A DNA stretch of 64,000 bases from a bacterium (GCA_043800725.1 JAZDMR010000011.1:85369-149368), one strand, 5' to 3'. Numbered from the stretch's first letter, positions 26,266 through 35,710 are shown. Program-made: numbers and translations. Notes: generated by a model not told the origin, from the sequence alone.

Positions 26266-26425
26266 ATCATGACCTCGTTTATTTTTTTGTTTATTTAATT
26301 GGCCTGTCTTGGCCCTTTGGTCGCTTGTATCTCATTATATTTCTGATGTATTGTCCATATTGCCAAACTGGGAAAAAAGTGCTATAATACAATCATTAAT
26401 AAAAAAATGAAAACGAAAAAATTCC

Positions 26426-26794
26426 ATGCCTAGCAAGACACAGTCACATTACTCTGTAACCTTTTTATTAAAGGAACTGCTTTTTGATGTGGCTATGTTT
26501 CCGGTCTGGTGGTATTCCAGTGGGTTGAAAAAAGTCGCCCAATTTTGGCTAAGGGGGGTTTTAAAGCATGCTGAACAGCTGTCGCTTAAAATCTGGCTGA
26601 AAAACATGTTCACTCCCATGTATGGCGATTACACCAAGAGCGGCAAGGCTATCAGTTTTTTTCTGCGCATTATAGTTTTATTCTATCGAACTGTTGCCCT
26701 GATTATCTGGGTGGCAGTTTTTAGCGTTTTCGTAATTTTATGGGCGCTGCTTCCACCTATCGTTGCTTATGCCATTGTCCGACAGTTCAACTAA
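26426..26794 (+). CDS. hypothetical membrane protein
   Basis: 122 aa, 3 TM helices; preceded by a ttg...tataat promoter. Confidence 0.4.
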   Translation: MPSKTQSHYSVTFLLKELLFDVAMFPVWWYSSGLKKVAQFWLRGVLKHAEQLSLKIWLKNMFTPMYGDYTKSGKAISFFLRIIVLFYRTVALIIWVAVFSVFVILWALLPPIVAYAIVRQFN

Positions 26795-26795
26795 T

Positions 26796-29546
26796 ATGAA
26801 TAATCAACAAGCCGCTTGCCAGCATTGTGGCGGAGACGGTTATGTAATTGACCAGTACGGCAAACCGCAAATCTGCCAGTACTGCTCTGGTATTGGCAAT
26901 TACGAACCATTTGGCTCTAGAGCAATGTTTTGGGACAAGCGCGTCGGCAGCCGCCAGATTGCCGGAGAAAAATTTGCCAGAACTTTCCGCCAGATAATAA
27001 ATGGGGTTTTGGTTGCCTTTGGCGTGGTCGGGTTTGGCTTTGGCTTTTGGAATCTGTATCAGATTATTATTGATGGAGGATTGCTACTTGATTTTTGGGA
27101 TACGAAAAACTACGGTGTGTTAATTTTTTGGATCTCAATCATTACTGATAGTTACATATATTATCGAATTGACCGGGAGAATAGGCCAAGAAAAACTATC
27201 ACCCGACAGACTGATCAGGAAATGATAACGATTTCGGATAAAAGTTATGAAGAATGGACAGCTGATGAGGGTGTTCAGGAAAACGTGGCTCAGCTTCTAA
27301 GTCCTGAACTGGAAAAACTTTTACAAAGCGCTTTTAACATAGCCAATAAGCTAAACCATCGTGAGATCTGGCCATCTCATTTGCTGGCTGCCATGATGTC
27401 CAGCAAAACGGCCATTATCGCTTTCGCCCGATTAGGGTTGGAGCATCAAGTTTTGAAAGAAAAAATATTACGGCAGTTCAGCGGCTTGCCCCAAGACTGG
27501 ATAGAAGAGCCACGTCTTGCACGAAACACCAAAGAGCTTTTTTTCACTGCCTATCGAGAAGCTTATCAGGCAAAGCAGAAGCAAGTAAATATCCCGGAAT
27601 TGCTTATTGCTCTGGCCACCACCGAAGCAAAAGCCCAAGAGCTGCTTTATGATCTGGAAGTGGATGAAAAAAAATTGCGCCATGTCGTGGCTTGGATACA
27701 CATTTCCCAAGAGCTTCGGGAGCAATACAAGCGGTTTAAGGGCCGCGCCTCCTGGAAGCCGAAAAAAGGCATGAACAGAGCAATGACTGCCCAGGAAACT
27801 AGGACCTTAAATCAATTTGGGCATGACTTAACTGAGCTGGCCCGACGAGGCGTTTTGCCGATTACCGTTGGCCGCGAAAGAGAAATGAATGAGGTTTATC
27901 GGATACTGGAGCGAGGCGGCAGTCCGATGATTGTAGGCAGCCCAGGAGTCGGTAAAACCGCTATTATTCATGGATTGGCTAGACTCATGACTTCAGAAGA
28001 CGTTCCTGAAGCTCTGCAAGATAAACGATTGGTTTCTTTGTCAGTCTCGGCTTTGGTCGGCGGGGCAAAATCAACCGGCCAGCTAGAGGGCCGATTGAAT
28101 ACCATTATCAATGAAATTATCAAGTCAGGGAATATTATTTTATTTATTGATAATGTTCAAAATTTAGTCGGCGTGTCTTCGGCTGGAGGAGACAGCTTTG
28201 ACCTGTCGGATGTGCTGGCCACTGCTCTGCGCGGCCGAGCTTTTCAAACTATCGCGACCACCAATGTAATTGAATATCGCCAGTATATAGAGAATCGTTC
28301 TTCTTTATCAGATGTTTTTACCAAGGTTAATTGCGAGGAAGTAGATACTGACGGGGCAATATTAATACTGGAATCAAAAGTAGGCGCGATTGAATACAAG
28401 CAAGGAGTATTTTTTACTTATGATGCTTTGGAAAAAACCGTTACCATGTCCCAGCGCTATATTCACGATCGCTATCTGCCGGAAAAAGCCATTACGCTTT
28501 TGGAAGAAGTGGCCGTGGATACTCGCAAGCGCCGCGGCAAGGATGCTTTTGTAAACGGCGAGGATGTGGCAAAGGTTGTTTCAGAAAAAACCAACGTAAA
28601 AGTTACCAAGGTTGACGAATCAGAAAGCGAGAGATTATTAAATTTAGAATCAATCATGCATCAGCGCATGATCGGGCAAGAGGACGCGGTCAAAGCGGTA
28701 GCCTCGGCTTTACGCCGGGCTCGCATTGAGATGCGCGACACTAAACGGCCAATTGCTAACTTCTTATTCCTAGGCCCCACCGGAGTCGGTAAAACCGAGC
28801 TGGCCAAAACCGTGGCCGAGGCTTATTTTGGCTCGGAAGAAACCATGATTCGCTTGGACATGTCCGAGTACCAGGACCCTAACAGTATTTATCGTTTGAT
28901 TGGCGCGCCGCCAGGCTCAGGCAATTCCCAGGGCGGCTATTTAACAGAGGCAATCCGCAAACAGCCATTTGCTCTGGTCTTGTTAGACGAACTTGAAAAG
29001 GCTCATCCGGATATATTAAACGTGTTCTTGCAAGTGATGGACGATGGCCGATTGACTGACGGAACGGGCCGGACCGTTGATTTCACCAATTCAATTATCA
29101 TCGCCACTTCCAACGCCGGCACGGAAGTGATTCAGAAGCGCATGAACGAAGGCGTTAAGCTGGAGAGCATTAAGCAAGAATTGATTTCGTCGGTTTTGAA
29201 TCAGCATTTCAAGCCCGAGTTAATAAACCGGTTTGATCGCATCACCGTGTTTAGGCCCCTTACCATGGCAGAGATTGTTGAGATTGCCAAGCTGATGCTG
29301 GGCCGGATTACTCATCAACTAAAAGATCGCGGTGTTACTTTTACGGCCGAGCCCGAAGCCGTTAAAGAATTGGCTCAATTAGGCTTTGATCCGATATACG
29401 GAGCCCGGCCCTTACGTCGGGTTATTCAAGAACGTGTTGATAATGCCCTGGCTAATTACTTACTCCAAGGCAAACTTGGCCGCAGAGACGTGGCTGTGCT
29501 TGAGCAGGGCGGGCATATTAGAGTTGAACAGGCGGAGAGGTTGTAA
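26796..29546 (+). CDS. Clp/Hsp100-family AAA+ chaperone (ClpC-like, two AAA modules) with unusual N-terminal zinc-ribbon and membrane segment
   Basis: Walker A GSPGVGKT (D1) and GPTGVGKT (D2); sensor-2 GARPLRR; ClpN repeats. N-terminus has CQHCGGDG...CQYCSGIG followed by two TM helices. The start could also be the ATG at 26763. Confidence 0.8.
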   Translation: MNNQQAACQHCGGDGYVIDQYGKPQICQYCSGIGNYEPFGSRAMFWDKRVGSRQIAGEKFARTFRQIINGVLVAFGVVGFGFGFWNLYQIIIDGGLLLDFWDTKNYGVLIFWISIITDSYIYYRIDRENRPRKTITRQTDQEMITISDKSYEEWTADEGVQENVAQLLSPELEKLLQSAFNIANKLNHREIWPSHLLAAMMSSKTAIIAFARLGLEHQVLKEKILRQFSGLPQDWIEEPRLARNTKELFFTAYREAYQAKQKQVNIPELLIALATTEAKAQELLYDLEVDEKKLRHVVAWIHISQELREQYKRFKGRASWKPKKGMNRAMTAQETRTLNQFGHDLTELARRGVLPITVGREREMNEVYRILERGGSPMIVGSPGVGKTAIIHGLARLMTSEDVPEALQDKRLVSLSVSALVGGAKSTGQLEGRLNTIINEIIKSGNIILFIDNVQNLVGVSSAGGDSFDLSDVLATALRGRAFQTIATTNVIEYRQYIENRSSLSDVFTKVNCEEVDTDGAILILESKVGAIEYKQGVFFTYDALEKTVTMSQRYIHDRYLPEKAITLLEEVAVDTRKRRGKDAFVNGEDVAKVVSEKTNVKVTKVDESESERLLNLESIMHQRMIGQEDAVKAVASALRRARIEMRDTKRPIANFLFLGPTGVGKTELAKTVAEAYFGSEETMIRLDMSEYQDPNSIYRLIGAPPGSGNSQGGYLTEAIRKQPFALVLLDELEKAHPDILNVFLQVMDDGRLTDGTGRTVDFTNSIIIATSNAGTEVIQKRMNEGVKLESIKQELISSVLNQHFKPELINRFDRITVFRPLTMAEIVEIAKLMLGRITHQLKDRGVTFTAEPEAVKELAQLGFDPIYGARPLRRVIQERVDNALANYLLQGKLGRRDVAVLEQGGHIRVEQAERL

Positions 29547-29558
29547 TATAGTTCAGCT

Positions 29559-29681
29559 ATGGAACATTTAAGTACAATCTTTGGCTGGGGATCACCAATC
29601 GGCTTAGGCATTCTCATATTATGCCTGGGTGGATTTATTTGTCTCGTATCAAAGGCTGACAAGAAGAGAAATAAGGAATAA
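29559..29681 (+). CDS. possible 40-aa single-TM peptide
   Basis: MEHLSTIFGWGSPIGLGILILCLGGFICLVSKADKKRNKE; weak RBS; speculative. Confidence 0.2.
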   Translation: MEHLSTIFGWGSPIGLGILILCLGGFICLVSKADKKRNKE

Positions 29682-29759
29682 TTTAATATTATTGCTGGAA
29701 ATTGACGAGCAATACTTTTTTTGACTGGCTCGTTTTCTACTAACATAAATGTTCTATAG

Positions 29760-29779
29760 GTGAAGATGGCCATCTTCAC
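29760..29779. repeat. perfect 20-bp palindrome gtGAAGATGGCCATCTTCac (16-bp core shared with 62656-62675)
   Basis: Exact dyad symmetry; the second site 33 kb away shares the 16-bp core. Confidence 0.7.
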
Positions 29780-29875
29780 CTGCGGCAAGGTGGATATTAT
29801 TTATTAATATCGTTGGTTTGATTCAACTATAAATTAGGTTAGATTGCGCCCGCCCCTGCCATCCTTTCGGATGGC

Positions 29876-30028
29876 AGAGTATATTAGATGCGGCTCGAAC
29901 CTATTTTGAAAAGAATTCCTGATTTCTGGGGCGGGACGGAATTCCCCCCAGACCCCCTTTCCGCCCCGCCCGTCGGAGCCTGTTCTGAATTTTATTCTGG
30001 GATTTCTCTTTTTCGCTGGGATGTTTCG
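29876..30028. repeat. left arm of ~153-bp terminal inverted repeat (partner at 33414-33567)
   Basis: Reverse complement of 33414-33567 matches with 3-4 mismatches (agagtatattagatgcggctcgaacctattttgaaaagaattcctgatttctggggcgggacggaattcccccc...). Confidence 0.85.
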
Positions 30029-30174
30029 TATCCCGCTACTGCGAGATGCGCCGCCTGATAAGGGAGCGATTGCCCCACCCTCCCGTGCACGCGCTCATTG
30101 CTCCCTGAAAGAGAATACCCTAATTTGGGTTAAACTACTTTAGACTATATCATAAAGGCAAAGGAATCACCACC

Positions 30175-30393
30175 ATGAACAAGACGCAACACAAACGTCA
30201 ATACATCCGTTTTACCCAAAAGCTGAAAGCCGCAAGAATACAAGTGGGTTTGACGCAGATGGAAGCCGCAAAAAAACTGAAAAAGCCACAAACGTATGTA
30301 TCTAAATGCGAACTTGGCGAACGGCGGGTTGATGTCATCGAATTGGCCGGATTTGCTCGGATTTACGATAAATCAATCACCTATTTCGGCTAA
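30175..30393 (+). CDS. XRE-family HTH protein
   Basis: ...VGLTQMEAAKKLKKPQTYVSKCELGERR... helix-turn-helix. Confidence 0.6.
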   Translation: MNKTQHKRQYIRFTQKLKAARIQVGLTQMEAAKKLKKPQTYVSKCELGERRVDVIELAGFARIYDKSITYFG

Positions 30394-30421
30394 TAATAGG
30401 GCAATTACGGCGCAAAGGTTA

Positions 30422-30450
30422 TTGACAAGTTAGCCATTTAGGTGTATTAT
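30422..30450 (+). promoter_or_regulatory. sigma70-like promoter (TTGACA-17 nt-TATTAT) upstream of the DGR target gene
   Basis: ttgacaagttagccatttaggtgtattat has consensus -35 and near-consensus -10 boxes with 17-nt spacing. Confidence 0.5.
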
Positions 30451-30627
30451 TGCCTATCTTTGACAATTGATCCCGGAACAAGCCCGGGACAAGCTTGCGA
30501 ATGAAAGCCGTAGCTTTAAGGGTGTAACTCTTTATGCTTTTGAAGTTGCGGCTACTCACGCCAACGCTCGCAAGCCCGAGGCGACATTCTCGGACAAACA
30601 ATCTCCAATCAAGAGGAGGATGACGAC

Positions 30628-31242
30628 ATGGGAACCCCCATGACCACATCCACGATGACCGAAGGTCAGATAAACCGGGCGTGCGAGATCTTCCGCGCCC
30701 AGCTCACGAGGCGCGCTTCCGAGCTTTCCTCGGACGCGGTACAGGAGGCGTTCGGCGATCCCGCGCTTGGCTCCGACTGGTTCGCCGTTCTGCAGAAGCG
30801 CGTCGATCTCATCGGCAGCACTTTCACGGCCACCGTCAACTATGACGATCCGCAGTGGCGGACCATCGAAAGGAGCCGCTACGCCAACATGAGCGACGTG
30901 AAGCCCAAGGACTACCCGGTCGGCGGGAAGGGCTCGAAGCCAATCAAATACCGCCTCCTGGAGTTCGACCACGATCCGCTCGACGACGAGGTGCTGGCCA
31001 AGATGGCGGAGATGAACTGCCGCCAGCCCGACCGTGCCGAGTCCGAGACGATCATTCGTAGCTTCACTGCCGAGGAGCTTCGGGCGCATCCAGTCATCGG
31101 TCTCATCGGCCCTGCCGTGAAGCGCAATGGCAACCTCCTTCGCGCCTACGTCGATGGCTACGAGAACGGCGTGAACCTCGTCTGGAGCTGGACCGGCAAA
31201 CGCTGGAGTCGGTACTGCCACTTCGTGGCCGTCTGCAAGTAG
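30628..31242 (+). CDS. DGR target (variable) protein, 204 aa, GC-rich; C-terminal variable region of C-type-lectin/FGE-like type
   Basis: C-terminal 133 nt (VR) pairs with the downstream TR; ends ...GYENGVNLVWSWTGKRWSRYCHFVAVCK; no signal peptide; AGGAGG RBS. Confidence 0.75.
   Translation: MGTPMTTSTMTEGQINRACEIFRAQLTRRASELSSDAVQEAFGDPALGSDWFAVLQKRVDLIGSTFTATVNYDDPQWRTIERSRYANMSDVKPKDYPVGGKGSKPIKYRLLEFDHDPLDDEVLAKMAEMNCRQPDRAESETIIRSFTAEELRAHPVIGLIGPAVKRNGNLLRAYVDGYENGVNLVWSWTGKRWSRYCHFVAVCK
31108..31240 (+). repeat. DGR variable repeat (VR)
   Basis: 133 nt aligned to the TR: 11 mismatches, every one at a TR adenine. Confidence 0.85.
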
Positions 31243-31609
31243 AACTTGTTCTCTGGGATCCTGGGAACTTCTGTTCCCTTGGGCCCTTGCATATCGACCC
31301 GCTTCAAATTTCTGGCTTCGGCTGGAAATGCGAGGCGGGTCTTCTTCATTTCAAAAAAATCTGATATACTCTTTACGGAAAGTAAATGACACTGCTCGCG
31401 GCCACGGTTGCGAGCGATTGAACTCTAGTACGTCGAGACGACCGGAATATCCATGACTACGGTTATGGGTAGCGCGTCCCTCACGATTCTTCGGAAACGG
31501 AGATTTACTTGGTGCGGCATATCAGGCGGAGTATAAGGCTCCCGAATGAAATACAGCCCAGAGAGTATTCAATGGGCGGTGGAACAGACGGTATGCTGTA
31601 CAATGTGAC

Positions 31610-31742
31610 GGCCCTGCCGTGAAGCGCAATGGCAACCTCAATCGCGCCTACGTCAATGGCAACGAGAACGGCGTGAACCTCAACTGGAACTGGACCGACA
31701 AACGCTGGAATCAGAACTGCCACTTCGTGGCCGTCTGCAAGT
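31610..31742 (+). repeat. DGR template repeat (TR)
   Basis: Non-coding copy rich in AAC/AAT codons; the VR differs at AAT->CTT, AAT->GAT, AAC->TAC, AAC->GTC, AAC->AGC, GAC->GGC, AAT->AGT, CAG->CGG, AAC->TAC. Confidence 0.85.
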
Positions 31743-31763
31743 TTCTTCGGCTCCTCTCCCTTG

Positions 31764-32111
31764 TCAGGGCAGGGGAGCTTCCGTTTGCAATTGTTTTTTC
31801 CAGCCGCCGAGCATCTTCCCGACTTCAGCTAATGGTTCGGAAATTCGCGCATAGTGTTTTGTATCGAGCGCCTTCAATTCCCACGTAATTTGCAGAAAAT
31901 ATTTGAGCGCATCGAGTTTCGTGCACGCACGTAACACAATTGCTAATTTCATTTCTCGTGATGAGTATCCGGCATGCAAGATCAACTCAACCGTTTCAAT
32001 GAATAACGCATCAATCTTTGCTCCAAGTGTGTATCGCGTCAATCTTGGAATGTGCGGCAATAACCCATGCCAGACCTTATATGCGTCTGAAGCTTTTTGT
32101 AGCACAGGCAA
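31764..32111 (-). CDS. avd: accessory variability determinant (Avd), four-helix-bundle family
   Basis: ...LLPHIPRLTRYTLGAKIDALFIETVELILHAGYSSRE...ISEPLAEVGKMLGGWKKQ is collinear with Bordetella phage bAvd (...PIAQSIPRKHGVAREMFLKCLLGQVELFIVAGKSNQ...LIAEVGRILGSWI...). It is encoded on the strand opposite to the target, TR and RT. Confidence 0.7.
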   Translation of the reverse strand: MPVLQKASDAYKVWHGLLPHIPRLTRYTLGAKIDALFIETVELILHAGYSSREMKLAIVLRACTKLDALKYFLQITWELKALDTKHYARISEPLAEVGKMLGGWKKQLQTEAPLP

Positions 32112-32160
32112 ATTGCCGAAAGCGTTGGGGGGGGGGCGACTTAATTGCTTTCTGCGTACT

Positions 32161-33168
32161 ATGAATATTCAACTGCGTCATACGTATCAGGAAATTATTG
32201 GGTTAGAAAATTTGCTGGCGGCGTGGGAGGAGTTCCGGTTAGGTAAGCGCGACAAACCGGATGTCCAGGCATTTGTCCGCCACCTCCTGGATAACATTGT
32301 ACAGCTTCATGAGGATTTAGCCAACTTTACCTATCGGCACGGCGGGTACAAAGCGTTCGCCATCAACGACCCGAAGCCGCGACAAATCCACAAAGCCAGC
32401 GTGCGTGATCGGTTATTGCACCACGTCATCTATCGCATTTTGTATCCATTCTTTGACCGCACGTTTATTGCTGACTCGTTTTCCTGCCGGGTGGATAAGG
32501 GCACATTGAATGCGATAGAAAGGTTTCAAACATTTGGCTACCAAGTCAGCCGCAATAATACGCGCACGTGCTGGGTATTGAAATGCGATATTCGGAAATT
32601 CTTTGCAAATATCAATCATGGTATTCTGTTACAAGTTCTTGCAAGGTATCTACCTGACCAAAATATCCTGTGGTTGCTGGAAAATGTAATCGACAGTTTT
32701 GACACGAAACCGGGTGTCGGCTTGTCGCTGGGTAATCTCACGTCACAGTTGTTCGTGAATGTCTACATGAACGAATTTGACCAATTTGTGAAACAAAAGA
32801 TGAGGTGGAAACACTACATTCGGTATGCTGACGATTTTGCATTTCTCTCGGATGATCGAACAGTGCTTGCGGCAATGCTTCCTATGGTTGATGATTATTT
32901 GGTGGCAACATTACAGCTCCAACTTCATCCCGACAAGGTGTTTATCAAGACCCTTGCCTCCGGCGTGGATTTTCTCGGCTGGGTGCATTTCTTAAACCAT
33001 CGGGTATTGCGAACCACGGCACGGTGGCGAATGATGGCGCGAATCAAAGAACACGGCACGCCGGAAACGGTGCAATCGTATTTAGGTTTATTACAGCATG
33101 GCAATACGTACAGACTCGAACAGGAAGTGCGGAATGCCGAATGGTTGTGGTATAATGATAACAATTAA
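32161..33168 (+). CDS. DGR reverse transcriptase
   Basis: RT motifs: IHKASVRDRLLHHV..., ...YIRYADDFAF (YxDD box), ...GVDFLGW...; start set to the ATG at 32161 (MNIQLRH), giving ~335 aa. Track ORF 31903 would overlap avd and runs through a G10 tract. Confidence 0.85.
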   Translation: MNIQLRHTYQEIIGLENLLAAWEEFRLGKRDKPDVQAFVRHLLDNIVQLHEDLANFTYRHGGYKAFAINDPKPRQIHKASVRDRLLHHVIYRILYPFFDRTFIADSFSCRVDKGTLNAIERFQTFGYQVSRNNTRTCWVLKCDIRKFFANINHGILLQVLARYLPDQNILWLLENVIDSFDTKPGVGLSLGNLTSQLFVNVYMNEFDQFVKQKMRWKHYIRYADDFAFLSDDRTVLAAMLPMVDDYLVATLQLQLHPDKVFIKTLASGVDFLGWVHFLNHRVLRTTARWRMMARIKEHGTPETVQSYLGLLQHGNTYRLEQEVRNAEWLWYNDNN

Positions 33169-33413
33169 TGGCGGACAACATGGCGAAACAGGAATTTGGA
33201 CAACAATGCTTCAACAAATGCGGCAAGCAGAGATTTACTGAAACAGATGGTTGGTATTTCGACTCTGCAGGTTCAACCGGAGTCGGAATGTCCACGCCAC
33301 CGGACGTAACCTATTTTCGGGTACTTTGTTAAGACTGTTATTCTGGGGTCGGCGGTGAACGCTGGAAACCGATACCTACATCTGACTAACGCGGCGCGCG
33401 TCGTACTTGGCGC

Positions 33414-33567
33414 ACGAAACATCCCAGCGAAAAAGAGAAATCCTAGAATAAAATTCAGAACAGGCTCCGACGGGCGGGGCGGAAGGGTGGTCTGGGGGGA
33501 ATTCCGTCCCGCCCCAGAAATCAGGAATTCTTTTCAAAATAGGTTCGAGCCGCATCTAATATACTCT
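33414..33567. repeat. right arm of the ~153-bp inverted repeat (partner at 29876-30028)
   Basis: See left arm. Confidence 0.85.
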
Positions 33568-33768
33568 CCCTAAAACTCCCCTCCTAATAATTGGAGGGGT
33601 TGGTGGTGGGGCGGGCTTTCAGCTATAGTTAGATATTAATTTGACCACTTGACCACTTGAATACTTATTTGTATAGTAATTATTGAAGGCAAGAATATTT
33701 GGAATGCCTTCTGTGACAGTGTTCTTTTCAAATGTGTGTAACCTTCGTTTCTCCATGGAGGAATCGAT

Positions 33769-34248
33769 ATGAAAAAAGTATCCTGGTGGCTCCTGGTTCC
33801 GTTGATAGTCGCCGTCGCGATGATTTGCGTGAACGAGGGCATGGCCATCCCAATCGAAATGACGATGGACGCGATCCAGAAAGTCTCAATAACCAGAGAC
33901 GAAATCGCTACGCAGAACGAGGCTACGAGCTACAATACCAGCATCTTCGAAGCGCTGGTCGTGGCTCAGTACGTGGCGGACGCTGATAACGAGGGCTATC
34001 TCCCGGAAAACCAACAAAACCAAGGCGCCAACATTGATAATGAGGCGGCGACGGTAATGTACGAGGTCTATGTCCTCAAATTGCCGATCGACGCTAATGA
34101 CGCTTTGACTTCTTCTTCCTGGAATTATGCCGCCGAAACTACGGAAGCTATGACTGAAACTGGGGTCTCCAAGGGGCAAGCGCCAATCACGATCATTGCG
34201 TTCAGGATCATACACGAGACGCCGTCGACCATCGTCCTGCGGGCCTAA
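33769..34248 (+). CDS. hypothetical secreted protein (signal peptide)
   Basis: MKKVSWWLLVPLIVAVAMICVNEGMA... signal peptide; acidic, low-complexity mature part. Confidence 0.45.
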   Translation: MKKVSWWLLVPLIVAVAMICVNEGMAIPIEMTMDAIQKVSITRDEIATQNEATSYNTSIFEALVVAQYVADADNEGYLPENQQNQGANIDNEAATVMYEVYVLKLPIDANDALTSSSWNYAAETTEAMTETGVSKGQAPITIIAFRIIHETPSTIVLRA

Positions 34249-34399
34249 GAGAAATTGGCAGGGACGTCAAGTCGTAACAGCCTAACCCCCCGCACTAAAA
34301 CATCAGTGCGGGGCTTTTCTTTTAAAAAAGCACCAAAGTTGCCCAAGCGTGGAAGCTTGGGCTATACTGAATATGTTTATGACAGACCAAAGCGATAAA

Positions 34400-35710
34400 A
34401 TGGAGAAAATTGTATCACTGGCCAAGAGGCGCGGTTTTGTATTTCCGACCGCTGAGATGTACGGCGGATTGCAGGGCTTTTGGGATTGGGGCCCCTTAGG
34501 CGTGGAATTAAAGAACAATATTAAAAAAGAGTGGTGGAAAAAGTTTGTTCAGGAACATCGCGATGTTGTTGGGTTAGATAGTGCGATCGTGACTAATCCA
34601 AAGGTTTGGGAAAAGAGCGGGCACATAATAGGGTTTGCCGACAAGCTTTTGGAATGCAAAGAATGTCATCATAGATTTAAAAAAGAGGACATCTCAGCCG
34701 CCGACGGATCCGGAGGAAGCTGCCCGAATTGTTCCAGTAATAAATTTTCGGAAGAAAAAGATTTTAACACGATGTTCAAAACGTTTGTTGGGCCGGTAGA
34801 AGATTCATCCTCGGAAGCTTTTCTTCGCCCAGAAACAGCGCAAAATATTTTTGTTAATTTTGAAACAGTCCAGCAGACCATGCGCTTGAAATTGCCTTTT
34901 GGTATAGCGCAGATCGGCAAAGCGTTTCGCAATGAGATAACTCCGGGTAATTTTATTTTTAGAACGCGCGAGTTTGAGCAAATGGAACTGGAGTTTTTCG
35001 TCAAACCGGAAGAAGATGAAAAATGGTTTGATTATTGGGTTAAAGAATCAGTCAAATGGTTTGAGGATTTTGGTATAAAAAAAGCGAATTTACGCCAATA
35101 TCAGCAAAAGAAAGAGGAGCTGGCCCATTATGCCAAAGCAACTGTTGACCTTGAGTACAAGTGGCCGTTTGATAAAGGTTGGGGCGAACTAATGGGAATT
35201 GCTAACCGTACCGATTATGACTTAAAAGCTCACGGCTTGGAGTATGCGGATGATCAGGGAAAAATTACTCCTTATGTAATAGAGCCTTCATTTGGAGTAG
35301 AGCGAGCGGCACTAGCCTTTTTGCTTGATGCCTATGATGCGGTGAAAGGGGGCCGGACAACAACCACTGAAAGCAATAAGGAAGAAGAGGTTGTGCTGAG
35401 GCTGCACAAATCGCTAGCGCCGATAAAAGTTGCCATTCTGCCATTATCAAAAAAGGAAAAAATTACCAAGATGGCTAATGATATTTTTGAAAATTTAAGC
35501 TCTGAGTTTATGTGTGCTTATGATGAAGTTTCTTCAGTCGGCCGCCGTTATCGGAGGCAGGATGAGATTGGCACGCCATACTGCATAACCGTCGACTTTG
35601 ATTCATTGGAAGATAAGCAAGTGACTATTCGCGACCGGGACACCATGAAGCAGGATAGAGTTGCCATAAATGATTTAACCACAATATTACAGGAAAAATT
35701 CCATGCTTAA
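34400..35710 (+). CDS. glyS: glycyl-tRNA synthetase (alpha2 / archaeal-eukaryotic type)
   Basis: ...SLAKRRGFVFPTAEMYGGLQGFWDWGPLGVELKNN...FRNEITPGNFIFRTREFEQMELEFF...; start placed at MEKIVSL by analogy with known N-termini (the track start 34349 is also possible). Confidence 0.85.
   Translation: MEKIVSLAKRRGFVFPTAEMYGGLQGFWDWGPLGVELKNNIKKEWWKKFVQEHRDVVGLDSAIVTNPKVWEKSGHIIGFADKLLECKECHHRFKKEDISAADGSGGSCPNCSSNKFSEEKDFNTMFKTFVGPVEDSSSEAFLRPETAQNIFVNFETVQQTMRLKLPFGIAQIGKAFRNEITPGNFIFRTREFEQMELEFFVKPEEDEKWFDYWVKESVKWFEDFGIKKANLRQYQQKKEELAHYAKATVDLEYKWPFDKGWGELMGIANRTDYDLKAHGLEYADDQGKITPYVIEPSFGVERAALAFLLDAYDAVKGGRTTTTESNKEEEVVLRLHKSLAPIKVAILPLSKKEKITKMANDIFENLSSEFMCAYDEVSSVGRRYRRQDEIGTPYCITVDFDSLEDKQVTIRDRDTMKQDRVAINDLTTILQEKFHA

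Larger units (their letters stand above)
29876..33567 (+). mobile_element. diversity-generating retroelement (DGR) cassette bracketed by long inverted repeats: HTH regulator, target gene with VR, TR, Avd (opposite strand), reverse transcriptase
   Basis: Components listed individually below. The interior, especially target and TR, is GC-rich relative to the flanks. Confidence 0.8.

Noticed and set aside
30556-31723. Long minus-strand ORFs (30556..31221, 31505..31723) and plus-strand ORFs 30855..31061 and 31619..31888
   Set aside because: These are antisense or alternative-frame ORFs produced by the high GC content of the DGR target and TR. ORF 31619..31888 is just the translated template repeat. 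The plus-strand 204-aa target is supported by the VR/TR relationship and an RBS.
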